This document shows, one piece after another, positions 12,501-24,414 of a stretch of 64,000 nt of DNA; positions within the stretch are counted from its first letter, which is position 1, and each line of letters starts with the position of its first letter. The translations under genes were made by a program, and so were the position numbers. Below the pieces are notes generated by a model. It saw only the letters and a program-made list of their open reading frames with translations. It did no database searches and was not told the origin of the DNA. This DNA is from Takakia lepidozioides (lineage: Eukaryota; Plantae; Bryophyta). The DNA lies in the NCBI GenBank assembly GCA_030704615.1, contig CM060733.1:7068001-7132000 (forward strand), read 5' to 3'.

Positions 12501-15500
12501 GTTACAGCCGGTAACTCTCCAAGAACTGCTGAGATAATGGAGGTTTTCCCCTCCCCCGTGCTTCCCACAATGGCCACCAAACTTCCCACTTCTACCTCCA
12601 AATTGATGTTCTTCAAAGTGGGCCTCTCGGGATTAGATTCCCAAGAGAAAGTCCCGTTTACGATCGAGATAGCCGGCAAACCCGGATTTAGAGGAGGATT
12701 TGGCTGCAGCTCACGCTCATCAGCTAAGAGTAAGTCCTGCAGTCTCTTGAGTGATACATTTGCATTGACAGCTGCAGTGATCAGAGCTGGGAACATGAAA
12801 AGAGGGAACCTTAGAACCGCAAATAGAGAGAGCGATGTAAAGGCCTTGGCAGGGGTTAGCACCCCACCCAACAGAGTATAGGAGCCAAATGCAAGCACTG
12901 TTACGAAAACTGGTATGCTATTGAGAAGAAAACTATTGACTGCTGAGAGCAACTGCGCCTTCCTGAACCAGCTGATTTCATCATCGCGAATGGTCAATAT
13001 CTTGGCCCTGAAGCTATTCTCCCAAGCATAGCATTTGACTACGTCCATGGCTGAAAGCACCTCATTCATAAGACCAATCCGCTTGTCTGTACGCTGCAGG
13101 CCTTCCTTTGACAGGCTCCGCATCCTGGTTATTATAAATGTCTGGGCAGGGAACATGAGGACAAGCACAGATGCCCCAATGAGCGATGACACGCCAAGCT
13201 GTTGGTACAAAAGCAGAACGGCAAATATAATGCGAACTGGTGCAGACCACAGCCCATGCAATTGCTGGCATATTTGTTGAAGGGCTTCAGCATCCGTGGT
13301 CATAAGGTTGGTGATCTTGCCAGTGGTGAAACCCTTTCTTCCACTTTGTGTCAACCGCAAAGACTTACGAAACACTGCTGCAACCAATGTTGAGCGAGTG
13401 CGAAACCCCACCCTCATGACATTCTGGAAATACTGGCCTTCACATAACACACCAAACATCACACCTGCAAAGATGCACACTGCATACATATATCCCTTCC
13501 GTACCGGCTCTCCATTTTGCATTGACTGTAAGAGAAGATTCAAGACTATGGGCCCCACAAATTGGGAGGCGTCATTGCCAATCTTAAATACTGCAGCCAA
13601 CCAGAATCGTGCTCCCAAGCTCCGATTCAATGGCCTCAGCAACCATGGATCAGCTTTTGTGCGTTCCTCCTCCCAGCATCGCTTAAATGTCGAGTAGAGT
13701 TGTTCAGTCTTATCCCAACTGTCGAGCTGCCAGATATCTTTGTCACTGACAGGCCTTTTGTAGCCTAGTTGCATCAGAGGGGTCATCCAATCAAATAACA
13801 ACCTTGAGATGACATTAACCTTCAACTCCGGGCAAACCTGCTCATCTCCAGGCAAAGGCTCGTAATCGCCAGCTCCAACTAGAACTTCTTCTCTGGAAAT
13901 AGGAGTGTAGTCTGCCTGGAGCTCCAGGCTTGGGAAGTAAAAGAGATAGAACAAACTCAATGAAGCCTGAGCCGCACAGTAACTGATGAAAACTCCCAAG
14001 ACAACGTTACTAAAATAATCATTGAGATCCAAGACAAACTGAAACATGGTCGTTTCGGCCACAACCGCCCAAATAAGCAGAAACCGCACATACCAAACCA
14101 AGTCCTTAGTGTAGGTCTTCAGTTCGACAGACAGCATAACTACAATGACAATCCATGTCACACTGGACAGCAGTAGGGTTGTAATCTGCAGGCAGCAAAA
14201 CCAGTCTGAGATTTCAGCACCAGTAACAAAGCAAGCATTGATGAGAAGGAAATGAAGACACTTAGTTTAGAATATCCACAAATGAGAGCCAGACAACTTC
14301 CTATCCGACAGGCCTCACCAAGACTTCCCCCACTCTTAGCCAACCACAATAAACACCTTGGCCCCCACTTGTCCAAGATATTGGTAAGGAAATAAGGCAG
14401 CATTGAGAAAGTCTATGTAAGCAGTAACACTGGAAATGATAAACCCACAGAAGTAAGGTACAGTACTTCTTCAAGGGGTATCTATCATCTCTAAAAACCT
14501 GCTTATTAACATGAACTGGAGTATTAATGATGTGCTCATAAAGGACAAATCATATTTAGCAAATTTCACAAGTAGCACAGGAATGACATCCAAACTACCC
14601 TTTCTTGCGTCTCCCATATGAGGGTGAACATAACCAGCCTCAAATGTCACCCCACACAATGTTCATTGCGAATACATGCATCATAACAACATGCTAAAGT
14701 CATATTGCCAGAACGTATTCAGGCACTTAATCATTCTTAAGCTACCAGTTGTCCATAGCAGATTTCTAGCTTCACATTTTGACTTTGGGCTGATGTGCCT
14801 TCCTTGTTCTCCATCACTGGAAAAGAACAAGAACATTCTCCGAAAAGGCCACTAGAAAACCAGAGCCTCCATGGCCAGGTGGATAACGCATAGGTGTATA
14901 AATTGAAGTTAGGATTGCAACCCTCAAGATGATATGCTGCCCAGATCTCACCTCCATGAGGTTTGTTTGGGTTGAGAGTTCAGACATAGAGGTAACTCAT
15001 GAGTTTCTAGGTCCTGTATAGAGCACACAGAACTTTTTTAGAGGTAAGGCAAATCTAAATTCTTTCAACCAGTAAATAAGTAACATTCTTAAGGACAAAA
15101 TATTACAGAGGACACTTTTTCAGGACTAAAATAGCCAATCTAGTCACGTCAAACTGATCATGGTCAGATTGGCTAACATGTTCATATGAGACATCAATAG
15201 GCTAACATGGACACATGGCCAGAGAAATGAAATGAAATGATACTTTATCAAGTCCGCGGAAAGAGAGAGAATGTACTCATGTACTCATGCCATTCCCTGC
15301 AAACGTTGGCTTGCCATAGCCTTACAGCCATTGACCCTGCAGGAAACTACCAAACGAATGACCATTCAACAGAAACTGACAGGAGCTGGGGCTGGCATCT
15401 GTGAATAATGAAGAGAAGGTTGGAGTCAGCACCACGGTCAAAGAGGAGGAGCACAAAGGCAGGGATGACATGCATTGCCATATTTTTGGGACCGGTACAC

Positions 15501-16510
15501 CAGTCAGGGTATAACAGCCCAGGTGCCGAGGTATTTTGTGTCAATAAGGAAGCCCCTCTGCCATTCAACACTGCATGTTGCAGCTGCTGTCATATCTTGC
15601 AAGTTACAATCACGTGGATGCATAGAAAGAATTCTCAGGTTGTTTCCACCTCAGTTAAAGTATCTCATAGGTTCTTTCAAATGAGCTCCCAGACTTGCTG
15701 GCATGCTTCCCTAAATCAAGCTCAATTTCTGGCCGGTAAGGAGGTGGTATGCACAATTACAAACTTGGGCACTTAATCTTCCACTTTTTTTGCGTGAAGG
15801 TTACGAAGATATCGTCAGAGCTTATGGACATTACGTGGGCTCATAATCTGTGACGTCTTTGGCATGAGAACCCGGATGCATAGCCTTGCGGTCATTGACC
15901 CAAAATTAAGTACAATGGTGACAATCTCTGACAATTTTGGATGCGACCATGATGGCCACAGCTCTGTATCAGCCATGGTCCGTCTTGCGAGATTGAGTTC
16001 ACCCGAGGACTAACTCAAACACAAGTGTCACTTAGAGTGACCGTGAATGGTAGGTGATCAGGATAAGGCCACTCGCAATAAGAAAGAAGCGGGAAGACGA
16101 AGATATGTACAACAGTTATATCCCCCAATTAGAAAAGATGTAAAATCTCCTCACACACACAGGTCCTCGCAATATCAAAACGCAGAATTTACCTCAAAAG
16201 GGGGAAGAGCTCTCTCTCCTTCGACATTGACTGTAGATATGCCCAAAATAATCTGCACCACCGGCACAACCGCGCAGAAGGCAGCTAACAAGATTGCAAA
16301 ACAGTGACCCCAGGCCACCCTTACTTTGAATCTCTTAAGAGAGGAACCGTACAAGAGGCGGCGAATTCGACGAGCAGCCACAAACATAAGAACCAGGTCG
16401 GTGAGGTTGATGATGACAGTGTCAACCAGACACGGAGTGTATGCGCCAAACCCATTCGTGAGTTTTGTTTCCCACACCCCTCCCACACGCGGCCTGCAAA
16501 AACCATCCAT
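9596..16510 (-). CDS. ABCC2: ABC transporter C family (MRP), ABCC1/ABCC2 clade, ~1635 aa, 2 exons (16510-16193, 14185-9596)
   Basis: N-terminus FCRP..GVW...NGFGAYTPC...LPPFE resembles Arabidopsis MRP1/2 TMD0. NBD1 has GSTGEGKT / ISGGQKQR / VYIFDD and NBD2 has GRTGAGKS / FSVGQRQ / ILVLDE. A phase-0 intron GAG|GTAAAT...CTGCAG|ATT joins the exons in frame. Confidence 0.93.
15224..15257 (-). repeat. (TTTCA)n-tailed retroelement 3' end, copy 3, in the ABCC intron
   Basis: Minus strand reads GCGGACTTGATAAAGTATCATTTCATTTCATTTC. Confidence 0.5.
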
Positions 16511-16754
16511 TGAATCCCGCCCTTTCTTCCCTCTCTCTTCCTCCGCCTCTCTGTGTCAACAATCCTCCATAACCATCCCCAGATCACAAGCCATGTCGCG
16601 AAAGGCAGGACCTATCTGGTGTACAAGCCCCCCTCGGAAGACGAGCCTCATCGTCAAGAGGGGGTCTCGCGAGTGGAAGACGACCAGCTTGTCTCGCCAC
16701 CTCATCACTCCAAACCTCCCTCCCGCTTCTGGCTATACTCCAGCTCATAAATAT

Positions 16755-16860
16755 TGTTTTTTTGTTTTTTGTTTTTTGCAGAACAGGGGACAATGAACCT
16801 GGAAAATTTTATTATGGTAAGGAAAAAATAACCTTACAAAACAAAAAAAAACAAAAAAAA
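16755..16860 (-). mobile_element. Short 3' end of a LINE (same family as 22469-23215)
   Basis: T-rich tail followed by AGAACAGGGGACAA matches the reverse complement of TTGTCCCCTGTTCT + poly(A) at ~23170-23215. ATGGTAAGGAAAAAATAACCTTACAAA is shared with ~51935-51962. Confidence 0.55.
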
Positions 16861-17527
16861 CTTACAAGAGCCATGAAGGCAGAGGATAATTTTAGATAAT
16901 TAAATAATTTTTCTTCCTTTTAAATTTTCCCTTTTTTTGGTCCTTTTCTTCTTAGGGATTTGAACAGAGATAAATGCCGAAAAGAGATATAAGAAACAGA
17001 AAAGAGAGATATGAGAAAAACAATTAGCCACAAATGGCGAGACTACGAGGAGAAGGCCACGTTGCGTTACACGTGTCAGCAGGAAATCAGAAACCCTTCG
17101 ACCCTTACACCCAAAAGGAATCGCTATCATGAGCGTACGGTTTGACCTTGTCTGCCACGTGGACTCCATTACGTAATAGTCAACGGGAGCCGACGTCGTT
17201 GGCGGCAATTCGTCAAAACGGCAGCGACGGCGACGGAAGTGCCATGCCACTTTCGGACAGCCCTACACGGTAGGTGCACGACGTGGCTCATACGTGTCAT
17301 TTAGTAGTAAATTGCAGTTCAACATTGCTGAGGTGGGCATATAGTCTTCGTACTATTTGGTACATATCAGAAGCCAGACAATTGGATTTCTGTCCATCCA
17401 TCCATATGATTCTGAGAAAGCATAAACGTCCCTTCCACCTGCGTTGCAGCAGCAAAACAAGAAGCTGTCTGACTTGGTGTGGCCTGAGGCTGATCGCCTT
17501 ACAATTGCATACAACGACTCTACGGAG

Positions 17528-17800
17528 GGACGATAAGATTCCAGTCATTGACCTCTCAAAGCTTGGGAGTGATGACGGGAGATACAGAGAGTGCCTCGCA
17601 AGGAAGATGGTGGAAGCGGGTTCCGAGTGGGAGTTTCTTCAGGTGATGAGAAAATTGCAGGCTCACGCAAAGGTCTTTTTTGGTCTTCATCTGGAGCAGA
17701 AACAATTTAAAGCTTTCAGTGAAAGCGGTGTTGGGTATGGCGTTAGCCGGAACCGGTGGTGAGCCAGCAACTGGATGGAGGGGTTTGGTTTCCAGGGAGT
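17528..17800 (+). pseudogene. 2-oxoglutarate/Fe(II) dioxygenase N-terminal (DIOX_N) fragment
   Basis: DDKIPVIDLSKL...VEAGSEWEFLQV...AKVFFGLHLEQK..GYG matches the IPVIDLS/EWGFFQV/FF.LP.EEK consensus. It has an internal deletion and a stop, and no catalytic HxD...H domain follows. Confidence 0.7.
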
Positions 17801-17997
17801 TACAGGGTCGGAAGCGAGCTTCAAACAATATGCGCAGTCATGCCTTCCTGGTTGGCAGCTTGAAGAATTCAGGTAGCCATTGTTTTGGATGACCAATATT
17901 CTTGATTTCTTCATGCTTTGTAATCTAAGCTCTACTCAGGACCGGTCGGCCCAGCGTCATTCAGATTTGCAATGCTACTAAGCTGATATCTTACCTA

Positions 17998-18651
17998 GGC
18001 CGGTTTACACGAGGGCCTGGACCCAAGACCAAGCTAGAAACTAGAAATCCTATTGGTCAAGAGCCTCAAATCGGGCCCAAGTGGTTGACACGAGGGTCCG
18101 GGCCCAAGACCAAGAAAATGACATGGCTACATGGCATGATTTATGGTGCCAAAGTCTTGGGCCCAGCCCCACAAAAGGAATGCTCCCGGATGGAGACCCA
18201 ACTCTTTCCCTTGGGCCCAAGAAACCTAGCATTAAGATAAAAAAAAATTAAGCCTATTATTGCCGTAGGATTGAAATAGGTCATAGATGGGGTTGTCCAG
18301 CAAATTGCTCGTATATAGCAAATTGCTCTATTATAAGTTGTTGCAATGCCAAAATGGGTGTAATCACGCGCATGAAGGCCATGAAGAGGACCAGAATATT
18401 ATGCCTTCTTGCTTCCATAGTTTAGGGATACACGATTTGATGGGAGACAACTTAAGCGTATAAGACAGAGAAAAGTGGCCAGTATTGGTGTAGGTTGGGC
18501 CTTAGGCTTGGGCTCAATAGGTTTATACGAAGAGGGCCTGGTTCCTTGAAAAATATATGGTAATCAGTTCATACAGCCCAATTGTGGGCCCAAAAGCTCT
18601 AGTCTTCTTGGGCCCATGATTTCTTGGGCTCGCCCTTGTGTAAACCGGCCC
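17998..18651. mobile_element. Tourist/PIF-Harbinger-like MITE (~650 bp)
   Basis: Terminal inverted repeats GGCCGGTTTACACGAGGGC / GCCCTTGTGTAAACCGGCC(C), TTA on the right flank, and many internal GGGCCCAAG repeats. Confidence 0.7.
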
Positions 18652-19231
18652 TTAGTTTTCGATAACACTCTTGTTGACCAACCAAATGTTTATATTCACG
18701 TGTCAAGAAGCTTTGCTGCCGGCCCACATATCTATCTAGAAGCTTACAATCCTTTCTCCAAACTCGATGAAAAGCTTCTGCACGTTAGCTGGCATGCATT
18801 GGCCTTATTGATGAAACACCTCAAACCACTATAAATAGCTAGATGAAAAATTATCACCTACCTAATGAGGACTGTCTCGATGTCTCGTTGAGTAGCGGAG
18901 TTCTTCGTCATAGTCAATGGTATGGCTTTATCTTTTTGGATCTTGCCACCTCGCACCTCAGCGGGTAGTCTTGCCTGACCTTGAGGTTCATAGAACCTGT
19001 TATCTTCAGGTCCCATCTAGACCTGTCGTAGGTTCAAACTCGACATATGGTGCACGTTTCAATAACTACCCACCTTCCCCGGACTTATCCCTGGCTCAAT
19101 GTAGCAAGGTCTTCAAATTTTCACAAAATGATCTAAGCTATAGCTAATTATGGGTCAGGGTACATATGTTCCTCAAATCTGAAAAGTTTAGAAGAACTCT
19201 TCTTTCTCAAACCAAGAATAGATTGTTTTGC

Positions 19232-19820
19232 AGTGATGGAAGAAATATGTGATGTTGAGGGTTTATCTTCAGAGGAAAAAAACCAAGTGACTGAGATTTT
19301 GTAGGATCGTTGGCTTTTCATACACAGTCCACCATATTGTGTCAGGTTTGTCTAATTAGACTCTAAATGGAAAGATAAAGAGCAAAACAAATATGAAGAA
19401 GTGATGAAGGGATTCCGGACGGTGCGGGATCAATTTTATCCTGATGTAATCAAGCTACAATTGAGAAGCAATTGACATGCTACATGAATAATTGGGGTCT
19501 ATTTGCAATCCAATTGCAAAATTGGTTGCCACAGACCTTCCTTACACATGTTTGGTGGAAGTCATACGGAGCAGAGGTTCATATATTGCAAATTCTTGCA
19601 ATCAAAATAATGAATCAAGAGATTGGACATCTGCATGTTAGATGAATTGGAGTAGCTTTGATTCTGTTCATAGCAAGCCTAAGAATTGAGTCCTAGACAT
19701 GCTTTAGAATTAGTATTTGTGTTTAGTAGATTTCGTCTCAAAGACAAAGTCTTTGATCCGGAGTATAAAGAAGAATTTGTACAATGGATGAGTGAATAAG
19801 AGGACTCGTAGGAGGAATGA
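19232..19820 (+). pseudogene. hAT transposase C-terminal/dimerisation-domain remnant
   Basis: Translation across stops and frameshifts: DRWLFIHSP...EEVMKGF...VWWKSYGAEVHILQILAIKIMNQ...SAC*MNWSSFDSVHSK...LVFVFSRFRL. Confidence 0.75.
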
Positions 19821-21342
19821 CACTTGAATTGTCAAGAATTGTACTAATTCTTCAATGAATGCAATTTTTATCCTCACGTTCTCCTACGTAAAGCGGACTG
19901 TTCCGGAGTACAATGTTTTTTGGGTTTTTTTAGTTGAAAAAAAAAAGGGCATGTACTCCGGACGTGGTGACTTAGAAATCAGTAAGGATATATAGTATTG
20001 GGATATATAGACTGTGCATATTTGAATGATTTGTGCATACAACATTTGAATTCACCATCAACCTATCAAAGAAGGATCTCATTTGAAGATTAAGAACATG
20101 GACCGGGGCATCATGCGAAATCCAAGAAAACGTTCGGTGCCTTTCAAAGAGAATCCGCGTTATAAAAACATTTAAATATCAAGTACTTAGACATCTAATG
20201 CTTTGACACACCTGTAAAAGATCACCGACGTTGATGATATGGGAACCACTGCGCCTAAACTGTAACCCAAATAGAAACAACATTGTCAACTGTTATACAT
20301 GCCCCATTTGGTCTCATATTACACCATTGTGTATAGTCCAGTTGACAAATCTACTTTGTGCATTCAATTCAAATTTGTCATACTCCGTTCTATAGCTTGG
20401 ACTAAGCCTTCGGCTGAGACTTTTTCTACCCACGGGTATGGAGTAATGGACGGCTGGTGAGTATTGAGTATCAGGCTGTTCAGAATGCAACGGCAACCTA
20501 GCCGAGAAGCGGGCATGGTTAACCTTCAAAAAGCACGCCGATGATGCCGAGAGTGTGCGCATGTGGACCGCGTTTATCAGTAGGTGTCTTCTTCTAACAA
20601 AGCCAGAAGCACTCGTCTTTGCGCCACTAGAGCTCATCGATGATGAGCATCCTAGCTTGTACAAACCGTTCTTGAGGTCTGAGTACATGGCCTACAACAT
20701 GTCAACCATTACTTTGAAAGGGAGGTCCAATCCACTTCAAGGTTTTTTCAGGAAACATCACCTTGGCACTTGCAGTCCAAGTACCCATGTTGACCAAGGT
20801 CCCCATTCGAAAACCATGGTTACACTAGCATTGATCATGATTAAAACCAACTTATGGCCATCAACTGGATAAATATATGATCACCAGCGGTACAAGCTAT
20901 CCCCACATATGATCGTGGGCTTAGGCCTACTCAATGTGGGGGCACCTGTGGGGTATGGGTTGGCCCTGCTAGTCTGCCTGGTGTGTTGTAGGACCTTGGA
21001 AAGGCCCACTTGTACCCAGTCCATCTCTCTATTGAACAGGTGCGCTGTTCCTTAACTTATGGAAGGTATTGGTTGTTTGTAACATCAGTTGTTCCTGTCT
21101 CGAGGCATGGAAAGGACGTATGGTTGAGGGATTTTTCCTTCCTTTCTTAGAAAGTTTTTTCTCTTCCTGATAGCATTTGCATTGCCACAAACAAGAAGAC
21201 AAGGATCATTGGAGTTAGGTCATGGGGGGTTTTTCAATTACTGGCTGGGCAGATACGATTTTGTATTCACATCATATCTTCCATCTCCAACAAGAGTTCT
21301 GCCTTACCAGTCCTGGCAACTGGCCACCACCAGCTTTTGCAG

Positions 21343-22468
21343 ATGCAATGCCAGCCAGTATTCCGAGTCTAATGGCAGTTTGGGCACGATAGATGCCCCG
21401 TCAGTCTGCTGGCTACAAATTCAACCAAGGTTATGGATAGCCGCTCTGTTTGAGCAACCTGTGGATGACTTGATCCCTGCTTCCCTTTGTCGGCTCTTCT
21501 CCCCAATGCAGCCGCACATCTGTCTCTCACAGATCCTAGCGGGGTTTTGGATTGAAGGTTATTTTGGTGGTCTACTGAATGGTCGAAGGTTCTATATTTC
21601 AATGTCTCAACCATAGTGAACAGGCTGTCTCAATGAGGAGATCCTTTGTGAAATATGTACAAGCTTTAAGACTTTGGACCAGCGGTCGGGTGAGACCACC
21701 ACCACCAGTTTTAAAAGAAGGCCAGGAGAGGAAGTCGACAAAATTACTTTCGCTACTCACGCAGATGTTCACACACTGTGTAAGGAGGGAAGATTGGAAG
21801 AGGCACTTTACATTCTGGACCAACAGAGGCGCTGGAACAGATTCCAATATTTATGTTTGTCTTGTGTAGGGGTGTATCAAGATGAAAGCCCTGGAAGGGC
21901 AGCAAGTTCATGCCACATCATCCGAAGTGCATTCAAGCCAAACATTTGTGTACTCAATACCCTTGTCAACATGTATACCAAGTGTGGGAGCATGGTGGAT
22001 GCACGTCAGGTGTTTTAGGCAATGCCAAAACGAGGTCTGCACATTTGGACTTTGATAATGGCAGGATTTCTTGTGCATGCGCACGCCGAAGAGGCTTTCA
22101 GACTATACGAGCAAATGCAGCAAGAAGGCGCGAGGCCCGGGAAGGTCACATACACTACCGCTCCCAATGCTTGTGCCACCCTAGGAGCCTTGGATTGGGG
22201 TAAGAGGGTCCACACCAAATCACTCAAACTGAATTGAGTCAGACGTTTTTCGGATTCCAGCCTAGTTCACATGTATTGCAAATGCGGGAGTGTAAAGGAC
22301 GCTGCAAGTCTTCGACAAAGTGGCTTATCGAGATACGGTCTCGTGGCGTGCTATGTGGCCATAGTGAAGGGGCTCTGAAGATCTATGAGCAAATGCAACT
22401 GGAAGGGGTATGGCCAGGGTCACATTTATCTGCATTTTCAATGCCTGTGCCAATCTAGGAGCCCTAGA
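21343..22468 (+). pseudogene. PLS-class pentatricopeptide-repeat gene, N-terminal part, disrupted
   Basis: LCKEGRLEEAL, NTLVNMYTKCGSMVDARQVF*AMPKR, AEEAFRLYEQMQQEG, NACATLGALDWGKRVH, HMYCKCGSVKDA and GHSEGALKIYEQMQLEG, with stops and frameshifts. It ends where a LINE fragment begins. The start coordinate is approximate. Confidence 0.85.
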
Positions 22469-23215
22469 AGCCTATTTCCCAAGCCTATTTGGAGGGCTAG
22501 ATGCTCTTTCATTTTCCAGGGAAAATGCCCCAGTGTCAGATCTATCCTCTGCAAAATATATGTGGATCTGATGACTGAGGGCAGAAAAGCATGGGTGGCT
22601 TTGCTTGCAGCAGCCAGCAGGTGTAACGAAAGGATTTGCCAGCAGCTATACTCGGACTTCGACCTCTCCTGGGCAAAAGACAACACCCTCTGCACCAGGC
22701 AATCGGAATCCAGAGTCCATTGGAATGATGACATCCCCAGGGATTGGCAAATCGCCTGCTGACTCCGAAGCTCCCGGACATCAATTGGAGACACCAGAAA
22801 CTGAGCTCCTCCAAATCAAAAGCGCATCTGGACTTGGGGAGTGGCAGGCAGTAGTGTGCTTCTGCTTGTGAGCACATTTGTTCCACTTTGCTCGGCTTGG
22901 TTTAGTGTTCTGGACAGTTGCCTGCATGTTTAGGTGTAGCTTCTGCGCCTTAATGCTTTCTGCGCTAGGCTTTCTCTTCCTATACTAGTTTTTGGAAGGT
23001 TTTCCTTATCTCATCATTCTCCTGTTCGGACTTATCCAGCTTCTCCCCCTTGTCCCTTAGTTCCCTGGGTGTTCCCCATGCATTAAGCCTTCACGGCTTT
23101 CCTGGAGGTTATTTTTTCCTCCGCGGTGTTCTCCCTCCTTTTTGGTTAATGAAATTCTCCAGGGCCTTTGTCCCCTGTTCTCTAAAAACACAAAAAAACA
23201 AAATTTAAAAAAAAG
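22469..23215 (+). mobile_element. 5'-truncated LINE (ORF2 C-terminus, 3' UTR, poly(A))
   Basis: IWRARCSFIFQGK is the typical post-zinc-finger L1 ORF2 motif. The ORF stops at 22762 and is followed by a pyrimidine-rich UTR and an A-rich tail at ~23184-23215. Confidence 0.7.
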
Positions 23216-24414
23216 AGAGTAGAAAGCAAAGGAGTGGAACAAGGTCCTGCATGTGCAGTGCTCTATCAAACGGTTATGAAGTGATGCATCACAAGCCCTC
23301 AATGCGGAGAGGGAAAGGTTGAGAACAAATTCCACCCGCAAGACACGATAAGACCGTGAGAGAGCTCTTGCAAGAACCCAGTCATGGAGCCTTGCGGTGT
23401 TGCTGCGCGCTTAAATTGTACTTAAACACATAATCCACAATGGCTATACTTATTGATAGAGTTAGCATTTCTTTGTCTTTGGTGTTGGATCTGCAGCGAG
23501 CAATACCTGTAGTAAATACAATCTGGGCGTTGAAATCTTGGAACCATCATCCACGTGATCATCCTCTATATTTGGTGCCCGCTGTATGCGCATCATAGTC
23601 AGAACCATCAAAATCTATGTAGCCTCCTTCTGTTGCGGAGTCCATATGCTTTGGATTTTTCAGTGAAAACCATCGGTTGTGTGCAGCTCAGCAGCCAGAA
23701 CTTGAAGCAGTCTCAAATCACGGAAGTTTGAAGTACTTAGCCAACCCATCCCAATTGAGTCGTAGAGACAATGTTGTTGTGTAGAACTACCATCACAGCT
23801 CTACAAGGATCTTTTCAAACAAAAGGGAGAGATTCACACAACTTCCAGCTTGTGTGCACTACCAGCCTAGAACTGCAATAACAAGAAACACCAGCAGGTG
23901 ACAGACAAAGAATCATCATTGTTGTTAGTATGAGCAACGGAAACCATGGTCCAATCCACATACAGAACTGTGCAAGATCAGGAACAAAATGATAGTTTCC
24001 TCTATATCCACAACTAGCAAAGGGCAGGTCCCCATGTACATGGCCTCACCTTGTCCCAAACATGCGAAGGATAAGACATGAGCTCCTGCTAAAGTGTTTG
24101 TGCTCATTACTAAGCCTGCACACACATACCAATAGAAAGCTTTAGAATGTCTCTCCGAACGGGAGTGGATGGCTCTTCAAAGTGGCCTCCTCTGTACTCT
24201 GCTTCTTCACTGGAAGGAAGAATACCTACTGCAGACAATCTCATGTAGGAAGGCAAACCAATCCCTACTTGATTATACTTTCAGAATTACATGCACAGGT
24301 GTAAGAGGCTCTTGGCCCACCAACCTTGACCAGGGAACTCTTTTTGACAAAGGGAGGGGTTAACCTCTCTCTTACCCCACAAGTAATGCAGAATGCTTTC
24401 CCAAAAACAGGTTG

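Noticed and set aside
9774-13768. Multiple plus-strand ORFs overlapping the ABCC exon
   Set aside because: These are antisense shadows of the long coding exon.
20470-20872. Open plus-strand frame (ECNGNLAEKRAWLTFKK...)
   Set aside because: No ATG context, splice support or recognisable domain.
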